DNA of 38,863 bases. Source: Dimargaris cristalligena. Lineage: Eukaryota. A model generated the notes under the pieces. The model saw only the letters and a program-made list of their open reading frames with translations. It was not told where the DNA came from and did not search any database. This document shows positions 1-12,100 of the stretch, piece after piece (positions within the stretch are counted from its first letter, which is position 1; each line of letters begins with the position of its first letter). The translations under genes and the position numbers were made by a program. The stretch spans positions 1 through 38,863 of the forward strand of contig ML002357.1 of NCBI GenBank assembly GCA_003614675.1, read 5' to 3'.

Positions 1-977
1 AGCAAATATTTAACTGTCCTCACTGGTATTCAATGAATTTTACAAATATATGGGCGATGAGAAAGTAGATGGGCAATCGGGGATTAATAAACTAGCTACC
101 CGACTTACGAGAAGTAACTTCGAGTGTAATTATATGGCAAGCATTTCGCAATACTTATTAATACAATTTGCATTCCACAAAGGGTTTATAGACCATATCC
201 CCGCTAATGCCTCGCATAAAACAAGTCTCCCACACGTGGCAATAAGCGAACTTGGTATTATAGAAGCCAAGAAGTGGACCAACTACAGTATAAGGAATAG
301 CATAACCATAACGATACGAATGTGCTAAAAGACGGCAAGTATGTTGCTAAAAATGGATTATAAAAGAAAATATATCGTGCCATGAAGCCATATTAGCCAA
401 GCTCCGGTAGGTTTTATGGGTGTCCCTGAGCACTAGTTGTCAAAAATAATGAGGCCTTTGCAGTTGCGGCCCAGCCCCAAAGTTTATTTTTAAAAATAAA
501 TAAATATACCCCGAATTACACCTGCTGGCCTGGAGTTTGAAAGGTGTACAAAAAGCCACTGATAAAGGATTTCTACGGCACGGCGATTATAATAATACAA
601 AGAATGGCGAGGCATTGGTGGGTATGCCGCGGTTAACAAAATGATATCGACTTATGAGCCAAACTAAATAGTCCCACTCGCCTGGTGGCGGACTTTCCAA
701 TTGGCGCCAATAGGGTGGCTCATTATACTATCTATTGCGCTACATTGTATTGCCAATGGCACCCAGTAGCCATTCTCATTGTTGAATGGCCTTTTATGTT
801 AGTTCAAACCGCGTCGCTTAAATCGACAGCTGCTTCTAAAATACTGCCAAACATATCGGCATTATACACTTGTCCATTTAGCAACCCCGAATATAAATAC
901 TTGCTCCTACTCCAATCTTTACAAATCAAACAAAAATAAATGTTTATTAACAATAAAATATAAAAAAGGGTAGCCAA

Positions 978-2222
978 CTACCCGTCAGCTACCCGTTCAA
1001 CATACTCTCGATTGACGAGGTTGTTGAACTCTTCGGTGGTGATATAATGTATCACCAGCCGAGGAAGCGCCCTGCGGATCCCCGGGAGCTGGGGCCGCGA
1101 GCGCTTGTATATGCTAAGCTGCCTTAGCCGATGTAGCTTACATAGTGCCAACTGGAACCATGCAAAGGCTACAAAGTTAATAGCGAGCCGCATGAATATT
1201 ATATTTTGTGAAGCGAATTCACTAGGGAAAAGAGCCCTAGTGAACACTTCGTCCCGGTGACACAAATCAAAGTGAGTCAACCGGGGACACCGGCCCAGGG
1301 CATACTGGATCTCCTTCTCACCGCAGATGCAGTTTATAAACTGCAACTTGCGAAGCCCAGATCCAAGGAGATCCACGATGCTCTTCAGTAAACCGCCACC
1401 AAGGCCCACTTCGTTAAAAACGAGGCTAGTGAGTAGGCTTGGAATTTCAGTGGTCAAGTAACTGAAGCCAGAGTGAGTACTGGCGGCTGATACCACTGAG
1501 TGGTATGCAAACACGCCCTTCATAACCACCTTCCTCAAACCACCACGGCAAATGGTGTGCAAGAGGTCAAAGGGATTATGGATTACCATGTCCTGAAAAG
1601 TGAGGCACTGGAGCTGAGGGAATACATGTAAAAATGTAGCCCAGTTTATAGCATCACAGTCGACTCCGCCCCCCAGGACGATCTTCTGGATCCTATTAAC
1701 GCCAGCTGTTCTAGGCATATTATAGGGGACCAGGCAAGGTGGTAAAAGTAGCCGAAATGGGACATGGGCCGGGCAAATAATGCGCAGCTGTCTGATAAAT
1801 CGGACAGTGCTTTGCAATAGCCAACCCACCCAATTCAACAATTCGAGATGATGGATCTCGATAGTCAGACATTGTAGACTACCTAAGCAACCCATCATCA
1901 TCCCGAATAACCCACTAAAAAGTACGTCTTGGATGCCCCGACTTTCCAAAACCAGTGTCAGATTCTCAATCGAGGCCCGGTGGTTGACTAGGGCCCGGTA
2001 AGTGTCTTGAGCCGAGTGGGTTGCGGTGGATACGCGCACCTTTTTGAAGCAGTGGGGGCGTAGGGCCTCAGCATGGGCCCGGTTGGTGGACGCCAATGCC
2101 AGGATGTCCTCGTTCCGGGCATATCGGTTTAGGCGGACCCAGAATGTACGGCGAAGCTGGCGGGTTTCGGTCTCATTGGCGTTGGGGACGGTGAGGAATG
2201 GGGTACTCGAGGTTGAAGACAT
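978..2222 (-). CDS. F-box-like / RNI-like leucine-rich repeat protein (414 aa, intronless)
   Basis: Long ORF. The N-terminal segment FWVRLNRYARNEDILALASTNRAHAEALRPHCFKKVRV resembles a degenerate F-box. Repeated LxxLxL units follow (SLQCLTI, FPQLQCLTF, GLRKLQFINC, CPRLTHFDL, RLRQLSIY). AT-rich 3' region with A-runs near 930-970. Family call is by motif recognition only. Confidence 0.65.
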   Translation of the reverse strand: MSSTSSTPFLTVPNANETETRQLRRTFWVRLNRYARNEDILALASTNRAHAEALRPHCFKKVRVSTATHSAQDTYRALVNHRASIENLTLVLESRGIQDVLFSGLFGMMMGCLGSLQCLTIEIHHLELLNWVGWLLQSTVRFIRQLRIICPAHVPFRLLLPPCLVPYNMPRTAGVNRIQKIVLGGGVDCDAINWATFLHVFPQLQCLTFQDMVIHNPFDLLHTICRGGLRKVVMKGVFAYHSVVSAASTHSGFSYLTTEIPSLLTSLVFNEVGLGGGLLKSIVDLLGSGLRKLQFINCICGEKEIQYALGRCPRLTHFDLCHRDEVFTRALFPSEFASQNIIFMRLAINFVAFAWFQLALCKLHRLRQLSIYKRSRPQLPGIRRALPRLVIHYITTEEFNNLVNREYVERVADG

Positions 2223-3195
2223 GGTTGGTCAGTAAAAGTGGACAGGGTTCTTGGAAACAAGCGGGCGATTGTCGAAAGATATGAATAATGGAAACCTTGA
2301 AAATGATAGAGTTGTAATACAAAATACACTGGCGGATGTTGCTTAGAGCGATTGATAGAGCGAGAGACTTGGTGGTATAAGTAGTCAGATAACGGTGGTT
2401 GAAATGAGCTGATAATGGGTGTAAACGGTGGGCATATCCTCGTCTCTTTATATTCTAACCTTCGACTAGTGACATAGCAGGTGGATAAAACCGGCTGGAC
2501 TTCGCTCATTCCTCGGAGGTGGTACGCCTTGTCGTCAATTTGAGAAGGGCGAATAGTCAGCCACTCGAACATCCTGGCCCCGGACTACCCACATCTACCT
2601 GTGTCTAGGAATGTCCGTCGAACCCATCGAACCCCATCGGTATTTTCCCACCCAAGTGATAATAAGTCCATGCAGCGGAGATATCCATATACCCCGCCCA
2701 GAAAATGGATAAGGCATTCACTATTCAAAAGGTGGCTTAGGATTGCTGCTGATCATGTTCGTATCTTCTTGGACCTCATTTATCGGGATTTCTAACCTTT
2801 GCTAGTTCCTGCTTTTTAAGACCAGTGGATATGGACAGACTACTCTCTTCACATTCCCAGGTTCGGCTACATAAGAATATAATATTTTAGTTCGGCCAGT
2901 AGGTATGCTAGTCAATGTCAAAATATAGTAACTTAATCGACTTGCTCGATACCTAGTCGGAAAAACAGATGCTATATTCATGGTTGGCTACGTAGCCTCC
3001 CCTATTTACCAGTCCATCACCGTATGAGAAAAACGATGGACACTGCCTCATCTGTGTTTAGAATTAAATAGATAGGCTTTGGGCACTGTAATATTTTCAA
3101 GTATACTAACCATGTCTACTAGTACCAGCGATTAAACGGCGCTGCCATCACAACTGGTATACGGCCCAAGTCTACTCCAAAACGATTAAAGAGCC

Positions 3196-3980
3196 ATGGA
3201 AACCTTAACAAACGATATAACTACCAGCCAAACATGACAACAGTTTTATCAGACGCGTGATTATCGGCTTGGGCTTCATTACCACTGCGGCTAATTTTAT
3301 CGGGATTATTTTCCTTTGGCCCGCCATCTTATCTCACTATACTACCACCGAGTAAGGTAGGTCCAGCTATCTCATATTCAAGATGTGGGTGTAACCGGAC
3401 TCTTCTGGACTCATCTATCTCACACCTTTCCAGGTGCCCATTAGCGGCAATTTTTAATGCGGTCAGCCAACCTACGCTGGGCTAAACTATTACTACCCAG
3501 TTACGAGTATATTCCGCCGCCATGGGTCCCATCTACTGCCATGGTCATCGTATATTAGCGTATAGAGCTCATTCAAGGCCGAACGTAGAACAATGGCTAA
3601 AGCACTGATACCACTTCCGGTCTATGGAATTGTCCATTATTTGGGCTTCCACACTTGTACCTACGCATGTACAGCCATGCACTGCCTGGGTAAAATGGTA
3701 GGCAATATAGGTTCAGTGATGGCATTGACGAGTAAGTTTGTTTAGACCAAATGCTGTGTATAAGTTATCGAAGGAGTTCTTTGCACACTATCAGGAACAA
3801 GGCTTACACCACCTATCCGCTCATACATCTTTTTATGGGTCAACCCACCATTCCAGTCACCATCTTCACAATCATAGAGGCCTGGAAGTTACTAACACAT
3901 GGGCACTACATTGGACCGATAGCACAGCCACTTGGGTAGGTAAATGCTATCGGCTGGGATTTATGGACAGGATAGTTTAG
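3196..3980 (+). pseudogene. possible decayed multi-pass membrane protein (GPCR-like) remnant
   Basis: Hydrophobic fragments in different frames interrupted by stops: RRVIIGLGFITTAANFIGIIFLWPAILS (from 3251), CPLAAIFNAVSQ, ELSIIWASTLV, YPLIHLFMGQPTIPVTIFTII. No intact ORF. Confidence 0.2.
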
Positions 3981-5483
3981 GGATATTGGGTATATGCATA
4001 CCTCGCTGAATCCCCACTTAAAGTAAATTGGCTGGCTTTGGCTGGTCGAATCTAGCGCCTAATAATGTCGACCTACGGGGTCGCGGTAACCTACTCTAGA
4101 AAATAAATGAAACCCACGTCCCCCTGACGCATCGGGCTTGAATATTTACGACGAGCAGCGCTCACTTTGTCCTTCAATTTATAAGAGTGGATGCTATTAA
4201 CGGCTCGAGCTAGTATCTATGTGTTCTTAAAATAGTAGCCCGGTATCCAAAACACAATTAAAGAGAGTTGAATACCCACTGTCGTTTTCTAAATATTTCG
4301 CTTTTTAATCACTAAGTATAGGTATCCTGATTTCGAGGATCGCAGTGGCTAGTAACTATGGTAGCTGCTACCTTTACGCTTCCCCTGAATCGATCGCATT
4401 TAAATTTAGAGAAAGTCCAGTATCACTGAATATGACATCTGGTAGAATATATATACAAATACATCGGTGGAATGATTTGTTTGACTGATAGTCTTGATAC
4501 GAGATGGATTGTTGACTATATTTTTTAAGTTGAGCTGTCCTATTTGCATAGTCAGATATTTTTAGGGAAACTTAAATACTTTGCAATCCATTTCAAGCCT
4601 AGTAAACTTAGCCAAAAACCCGTATAGCTGATCTAAATAATAGCCCGTCAATATTTCTATTACTGGGGATTTCTAGTTTGTTCCTTTTTGATTTGGGCGG
4701 AGGTACGCCAACAATGTGCTGTCGCTGGGTCTCGCCAATTTTTATATTTCAACTATACCCGAGTGGCCGTTTTGGAAATAGCAGGGTAATAGCGCAAACT
4801 CGGGCCAAGTACCACATTATAGGCAGTCTATCCACCTACTGTCTTAATGTGAAAAGAGAAATACATGTTCGAAAGTAATTTGGTAGCAAATGACCGTTCC
4901 AGTGGTATGAATCCCCCAAAAAATTTTGATTTCCAGTCTCCAAATATTACCCATTTTTAACGCGCTGTTTTGAGGAGTGTTGATGCTTTATATATGTATA
5001 AAAAATGGAAATTGAAAATGCTATTTTAGTCGTCCTTGGGGCCCCCACTTTTTGAAGACCATTAGTTAGTTTTGCCGACTTCGGAGACTACCTCGCCTCC
5101 CCTTGGAATTTAAAGTCTGTATATTAATTCAAATTCAGTGGGGGCAATTAGTTGCTGTGCTTCAACTTCGTCTTTCAACGCTGGGCCCAAGCTTCTCTAC
5201 AGTTAGAGTGGGTGACTTATAATGAGCCAATTAGCCTTGCCAATCCTCTGCAATAGTGCTTTATTGAGTTTTGGGTTGTATTGCTGCCCCAGAAACAGGT
5301 GTCACCAAACTCCATCAGCGTTACTCGTTAAAATATGTATCTAAGCGAAATGGCCTAATTGGTATTTGACAAGCGGAAGAGAAATGAACTGGGTAGCGGA
5401 ACAATATAACGCCTACAACATAAGCAAAATAACCAATCAGCCGGATATCGTGGTCAGTCACCAACGTAAACAATGATACTACT

Positions 5484-5490
5484 TGAGTCA
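5484..5490 (+). promoter_or_regulatory. Gcn4/CpcA-type response element (TGAGTCA)
   Basis: Perfect TGA(C/G)TCA heptamer about 545 bp upstream of the ARG8 ATG, immediately followed by TATTTAAA (5493-5500). Arginine biosynthesis genes are classic Gcn4/Cpc-1 targets in fungi. Confidence 0.45.
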
Positions 5491-6034
5491 CCTATTTAAA
5501 TTCGGAGAAATAATTGCGAAATATACTAACTCGCCAGCTGTACCAGTGGTTGTTTGAGCATTTTAAATCTGAAATAGTAAGGTTTGGCGAGGAAGAACTA
5601 AAGCAGTCTTGGAATACCTGCACTCGTCATATTTAAATAGGCCACTATGGCCAGTTGAACCAATATCACTGAACTCGTTTGTGAGATGAATAGACTACTG
5701 ACTGGTTTAATCAATTGCCCATGCACTTATTCAGCCATCTGCACCTCAGATCCACGTGCTTTAGCATTGGACCTGGACTGCTTATTTTACTGGCTGTGCC
5801 TCCCTCCCTTAGCATTCATTCCACATTTTCAATAGCGACCGAATCATCAGCTGGCTGTTTCCCGCCAGTGTTCTTTTTTTCTTGTACTTTGACCGGACGA
5901 ATAACCGGATTCCTACTTGCCTTTAGCAGAAGTTATCACTTACTACCCCCAGATTCCTTGATCATTCCCTCCATAACGCTTGGTATTATTTTTCTCTATA
6001 GTTTGAATCCCGTTTTTACTTCACTTCCGGCACC

Positions 6035-7513
6035 ATGCACCCCTCGTTCATAGCTCGTCGCCTAATCAGCACTTCCGTCCGGGGGTCAACGGTGATCCCG
6101 TTGTCTCGCATCACCCTGAGTCTCGGTTCGTTGGCCCGACTGCTGAGTACCTCCGCCGGCCGTGCTCAGGACCACCGCGATGCTGCCGCCAGTCAAGCTA
6201 CTCTGGCCAAACTCGAACGGTTCGAAAAGTACACTTTAGGTACTTATGTGCGCCCCCCAGTGATTCTCAGTCAGGGCCAAGGCAGCTGGTTGCAGGATAC
6301 GGACGGCCGTAAATACCTCGATTTCACCGCCGGTATTGCCGTGACCGCCCTAGGCCACGGCGACCCCCAGGTGGCCGAGCTCTTGGGCGAGCAGGGCCAG
6401 AAACTAATCCATACGTCGAATCTGTACCACAACGAATGGGCCGGTGAGCTGGCGTCTCTGTTGGTGGAAACGACCTGCGAGACTGAAGCCGCCCGGGCGG
6501 CTCGCAAGACGGAGGGTGGTGCTGGTCATAATAACACGACCAAGGGATTCCAACCGGGCAAAGTGTTCCTGACCAATTCCGGTACTGAGGCCAACGAAGG
6601 GGCACTCAAGTTCGCCAAGAAACACGGGAATGCGTTGCGGGCGGCCCACCCCGAACGCTACCCCGCCAGTGGCAAGTACGAGGTGGTTTCCTTCTCCCGG
6701 GGCTTCCACGGTCGGTCCATGGGGGCCCTGTCGGCTACGGCGGCGCCCAAGTACCAGGAACCGTTCCAGCCGTTAGTGCCCGGGTTCCACCACGTGGAAT
6801 TCAACGACGTGGCCGCGGCCCGCGCCGCCATTACGGAAAGTACGTGTGCCGTGATTGTGGAGCCCATCCAGGGCGAGGGTGGCATCCACGCGGCCACGGC
6901 CGAATTTCTGCGGGCGTTGCGCCAGCGGTGTGACGAAGTCGGGGCTTTGCTGATTTTCGACGAGATTCAGTGCGGTATCGGACGCACCGGCCAGCTATGG
7001 GGCTTCCAGCACTTCCCCGCCGACTGCCGCCCCGATATCCTCACGATGGCCAAGCCGCTCGCCAACGGAGTCCCCATCGGGGCCGTCCTGCTTACCGACG
7101 CGGTGGCCGAGGTCATTAAGGCCGGGGACCACGGCACGACGTTCGGGGGCAATCCCTTGGCCTGCCGCGTCGGCCACCACGTGTTCAACCGCATTCGGCA
7201 GCCCAGTTTCCTGGCCCAGGTGGAACAAACCGGCCAGTGCCTGAAGGACCTGGCCACCCAGCATCTGCTGCAGGGTGAAGCGGGTAAGGCGGGCCTAGTG
7301 AAGGCGGTCCGGGGTATCGGTATGATGGTCGGTATTGAGTTCGACCGGGACCCCTCACCATTGGTGAAAATGGCACGCGAGAAGGGGCTGTTGATTATTA
7401 CGGCGGGGGGCAACACGGTGCGGCTGGTACCGGCACTCACGCTAACTGTGGACGAGGCCCGTCAAGGTATTGAGATTTTGACCGAATGTGTGGCCGAATT
7501 CCAGTCGGCTTAG
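6035..7513 (+). CDS. ARG8: acetylornithine aminotransferase, mitochondrial (class III PLP-dependent aminotransferase), 492 aa
   Basis: Motifs YLDFTAGIAVTALGH, NSGTEANEGALKFA, FHGRSMGALS, EPIQGEGG, LIFDEIQCGIGRTG, PDILTMAKPLANG (PLP lysine), HGTTFGGNPLAC. The Arg/Ser-rich, acid-free N-terminus is typical of a mitochondrial presequence. Kozak-like CACCATG. Confidence 0.96.
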   Translation: MHPSFIARRLISTSVRGSTVIPLSRITLSLGSLARLLSTSAGRAQDHRDAAASQATLAKLERFEKYTLGTYVRPPVILSQGQGSWLQDTDGRKYLDFTAGIAVTALGHGDPQVAELLGEQGQKLIHTSNLYHNEWAGELASLLVETTCETEAARAARKTEGGAGHNNTTKGFQPGKVFLTNSGTEANEGALKFAKKHGNALRAAHPERYPASGKYEVVSFSRGFHGRSMGALSATAAPKYQEPFQPLVPGFHHVEFNDVAAARAAITESTCAVIVEPIQGEGGIHAATAEFLRALRQRCDEVGALLIFDEIQCGIGRTGQLWGFQHFPADCRPDILTMAKPLANGVPIGAVLLTDAVAEVIKAGDHGTTFGGNPLACRVGHHVFNRIRQPSFLAQVEQTGQCLKDLATQHLLQGEAGKAGLVKAVRGIGMMVGIEFDRDPSPLVKMAREKGLLIITAGGNTVRLVPALTLTVDEARQGIEILTECVAEFQSA

Positions 7514-8475
7514 AATATGGATATAGGAATAGAGCCCTAGGACCGAAATAAACCACCAGGATTTTAAATGAATGCAAATAATATAAGCAGTTACGGTGCA
7601 AATGAAGCGGGATGAAATCCGCTGGGCCGTAGCGATAAACAGTATGGAACAGGCGGAGGAGGGAGGGGGGATCTCAGAAGGCCTGGGCCAGAGATAATGC
7701 GGGAAATCAAACACGCAGGGGTGTGGGAAGTCGCCCCCGCCGCCATTTCTAAAGGTGGCATTTATAATACCGCCCTACACCCTAGAATATAGAGAGACAA
7801 GGGGTGGGGTGAAAGAGGCCCTCGTCCCCCTCCCTCTTGGCATATGCTGAAGGTGCCTGACTATATGCTACTCTCTAACGCACCCATGAGTATATGCTGG
7901 TAAGGTCCGCCCTACTTATTACATGATATAGCAGCGTGGGCATCCATGCCTTTCTTCCCCTCTTTCTCTTTCTTTATTACCTCTTATTTCTACTTGTCCC
8001 TCGTTTCCGCTTTTATATAACTCACCCCGTCTACCCTCTTCCGGGCCTATCCCCAACTTGCTACCATTCCTCTTGTATCGTTTTTGCGGATCCCTTCCTT
8101 GTTCATTGCTTGTGCCGCCGGCCTCTCCGAGTTCCCCGTGGTAGCATGGCCTTTTACTTCTTTGGGCACTCTGCTCATCACATTGGTCGCGACGTCGATT
8201 AATCCACTCTGTCTCTCTCCTATTATTCGCACCCTCCCCTTCTGTCAGCCTATCCCTCTTTCTCTCACTATCTCACTCTCTCTTTATTCCGGGACCCAAG
8301 AAAATACTAACCCCCAATACACAAGCAAATTCGTAAGCCCGTACTACTATTATTAGTCCCCAACTCCAGCCCTCCCGACCGGCCCCTTCTTTGCTCTGCC
8401 TCGGCCCTTGCCGTTATTCGTCGAATCCCGCCGGTTCTTGAAGCCTACTTCCCCGAGTATCCCCGCAATTATCTG

Positions 8476-8744
8476 GTAGGCAATCCCTTATCTTTCTAGA
8501 CCTGTGTTGGGAATATATAGTATAGCGCCCTGTGAATAGTCTCTCACCTGTCGTCCTTTTAATCACTGCTCCTTAAAAACTATACAACTACTTTATTGAC
8601 AGTTAGACAAATGTGCAACCCTTATACTATATTTCTTAAATCCCGCCAAGCTCTTCGATAGACACTTGGGCAACAATTCGCTAGCTCAATACTAATGACC
8701 TATCCCCTAATCTACCCACACTCACTCCCTTACACACTGCTTAG
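8476..8744 (+). other. probable 5'-UTR intron of the small ORF gene
   Basis: Donor G|GTAGGC at 8476, CTAAT branch-like motifs near 8692 and 8707, pyrimidine-rich stretch and CTTAG acceptor ending 8744. Confidence 0.4.
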
Positions 8745-8852
8745 TTCGCTTTATTTCCGGGTTTCTCTGGTTCTTATCTCCCCAATAGCCCCGACCGACA
8801 TTCCCCTGCTCACCCTTCTACCCCCCGCCCCAACTCACCGAAGCCCTCCAAT

Positions 8853-9128
8853 ATGGACGCCGTTCGTATGAGTATGTCGCTGCAACACCGCGACCTGAAC
8901 CATGCGCGCCACGCTCAGCGTCCGGCCCCTTCGAGCGATTCGTCTAAGAAGCCCGGTCTAAAGAACACCACCACCCCAGCTCCGGTACCGGCCACCAGCA
9001 CTCGGCTCTCCCCTTTACCCACCCCGCTGTCCCTTGCCACTGCGCCGCCCACGGAAACAGCCCCCATGCCCCGCCAGTTTACCCCAGTTGGTCTTTTCGA
9101 GAGCTTATTCAACAGCTACCAAGTTTGA
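8853..9128 (+). CDS. orphan small protein (91 aa), Pro/Thr/Ser-rich middle
   Basis: ATG in a good context (CAATATGG) after a long pyrimidine-rich leader. GC-rich, C-ending codon usage like the confirmed genes. U-rich 3' region (poly-T near 9209-9221). No family recognised. Confidence 0.55.
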   Translation: MDAVRMSMSLQHRDLNHARHAQRPAPSSDSSKKPGLKNTTTPAPVPATSTRLSPLPTPLSLATAPPTETAPMPRQFTPVGLFESLFNSYQV

Positions 9129-12100
9129 GTTCTAGGCAAGGATAATTACCAAATTACTGTTTAGCCTAATACTTAAAGGCCTACCCTTTAACCTCGCCCC
9201 GCCTTTATCTTTTTTTTTTTTCACCAACGGCCCTATTGGATATACGTTAGCTGGGCCCCAACTAATGTCATATTCCCATTCGGTCTTGTCTACATTTCCA
9301 ACCAGCTATAGCTCTATATAAATTATGGACCTTTTGTGTCAACATACGCTACCAAATGGCAACTTGCTGTATTTCAAAGGGATTAATATTTGGTAAGATC
9401 AAAGTCAGGGGGTCCCCTAACAATGAGGCAGATGAAGAGTACTGCGGGTACTTCTCAAAACAAAGGTTCGGAGAATATCGAATAGATTAATCCAGGGGGG
9501 AGTGTGGCTAGGGGGTAGATAATGCATCAATACTCAGCAATACATTGGTGGAAACCGGATTGGGATTATTAACAGATCTCCAACTACTTGATTAACATTG
9601 TGGCCATGGCAATTGATTCTAAAATCACATTTGAACCATCAATATATATATATATATATAAATTATGGAAATGCGAGGACTTGAGTGGCCCATCCCTTGT
9701 TGGTAAGATTAAACCAAATATAGGGATAACCAATCATACTTACAACCCACCAAGTACTTGAGCAGCGGAACCGCAGGATTCTCCTGATAATGCACGCTTG
9801 GTGTTCCTAATGCGTACTTGATAAGGCTGGCCACTTCACGACCACGGATAGTGTCCCACTTCAACCTAATCAGGCATCCTGGGCCTTGTAGTGCCCCCAT
9901 TCGACCCATTCGGTTGGGACGAGATTATGCGTGACCCACATCCCAGGGGCGGGATAGTAACTCACAAGTTACCAAACCATTTCCTATATATGGTTATATA
10001 CCAGACTACACTAGCTTGCCTGTGTCTCTTTCTCTCCCCCCCTCCTCTCCACCCCAATTTCCCAAAAACCGCTTTACATGTGAAACCAACTTGGTGGCCA
10101 GGTGAGAGTGGGTAGTCTGGCCACACTGTTGAACTGGCTATCCGTAAAGCAGTGGACTATTCCACCTTGAAAACAATATACCCTGGTTGGGATTTTGGGA
10201 GGTAGAGTTCAGATGATGATATTTGGTAATATGAATAGTGATCAGGTCGGAGAATGCCTCCCTCCTACCCAATCTTTGTTTCACGTATCCTGTATTCTCA
10301 TTCAGCAATCCTTACACCTAATAATGGAATGTCGTCCACGCCTAGAAGCCCTGAAGCCTCGTGGGGTTACCTGACCTAGGAGGCCGTACTCCCCTCTTTT
10401 TAAAAGAGACCACTGATTTGGGTTCACCCACTCCGCTACCTTAGTGTAGAGAGTGTCTTTAATTCCCAAACTGTACCCCTAAAATATCCCCTATTTATTT
10501 TTCCACATTACTCATACATCTTGGGTTGATATTACTCGGCCCGACGAATGCCTCCCATTCACACGATCCCCCTATTATTCCCGCTTTAGGCTGGGCCGTA
10601 TCACCCATTCGCGTGGTACCAATTCTGGACCTAGGACTCCCCCCCTACCATTCAACCTTAAACCTCCGGCCCACGTGTGTATCCCCCCGTCTCCAATACC
10701 GAACTCCTTCTCTCCGCCTCGAGCACTGACTGGGCTTTAATAGGTCCGGATATTGGACCTCGGCCCGGCGGGTTTTCCTAGTTAATCCTTGTTCATTGGT
10801 CGCCATTCAAAATACCCCATCATCGTCGCCTCCTTCCTACCTTACCATGCCTTTTCCCCTCGGCTCAGTCCCTGTCGCGGCAGTACCACATACTATAGCT
10901 GATGTGTTACAAAAGCGGGTCAAGAGATATACCATCCACCACTCCCCCTCCTTCGCCGCCGCCCACCATGCCCGCGTATTAACACATCCGTTGTCTTGGT
11001 TTAGCCTCCCGTTCACACTACCGCCCCCCTTTCCCGTTCATCGAATTCTAGATGGCTGTCAGAGGTAACCGGTGAATGACTGTGAGTGTGAGGCTGAAAT
11101 ACCACGCCCATTACCAAATCTACAATGTAGCCAAGTGACTGGGTGACAACCCCGTGCTTCCTAAAAAACGATCGGAAAGGCATTTAGATTCTTAACCACC
11201 TTCCCCATGTAAGGGATAACCAAATGAGAAAGAAAAGAAAAGACATTGAGTGCCTTGTGCTCGACATTCTGTCTGGGAATCCCGCAATTAACCGGGGCAA
11301 CCGATGGGTCGAAATGGTAGATTATGGCTGGTCCGTATAAACACGAGCCTGCTGATGTACTCGCATAACAATTTCGCAAGGTCTACCATTCTCCAATGAG
11401 GTGGGCGTGGATACAGGAAAATGGTTGATGTAATACACGCCACGGCATGTGCTATAACTCCCCACTACCGCCGCCTCCTCCTCCTCTTGTCGATACTGCT
11501 GCTCATGAGTCGGTATTTAACGGCGGCTCGGGTAAAATCAAGCATTTTGAATTTCCCCAAAGTGAAAAAAAGTAATAATTAGAGGCAACATCGACCGGTC
11601 GACTGTCAGTGGTACTAAAGAATACGGGCCATTAAAATGACCCTAAGAAGCATGTGGTCTTCGCATCGTGGGTTATTCTGGTCAACGAAACTCAGCGCCT
11701 AAATATAAAGGGCCATGTGGGTTGGGCGGGAGTGATAAGAATTAAACCAGAGAATTATAGCTGGAAGGGGCTGACGCCACAGTCAGCTGATTGAGGCTAT
11801 CACCGGGGGGAGCAGGCGGCATTTGAATTGGGGTAAACCAGGGTCTAGTGTATCTTACATTAAGGGATTCCAAATATCCGTATTTCGCGGCAATGAGACC
11901 AGATCGATCCCGAGAGTCAAGTAACTGCTCGGCCAAGTCACAATGGCGTTTACTCGAAAAGACCGCCTGATCCGATATTCAAATGCCAGACTTCGACAAG
12001 TGGAAGAAAGGGGAAGGGTGGGGAGGTTGTCTTCCATCGCTAGATCGTGGAAAATGATAGTGAGTAGAATTGACCTACCATAACCGAAACCCACCTCTTG

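Noticed and set aside
6271..7440. Multiple antisense ORFs within ARG8 (likewise within the GPCR, She10-like, AKR and BTG genes)
   Set aside because: Shadow ORFs from GC-rich codon bias, with no motifs.
10094..10124. Short hairpins and palindromes (GTGGCCAG/CTGGCCAC here; also 11591-11602, ~17012-17041, ~30776-30797)
   Set aside because: Stems of 6-8 bp are expected by chance; no TIR/TSD architecture or repetition.
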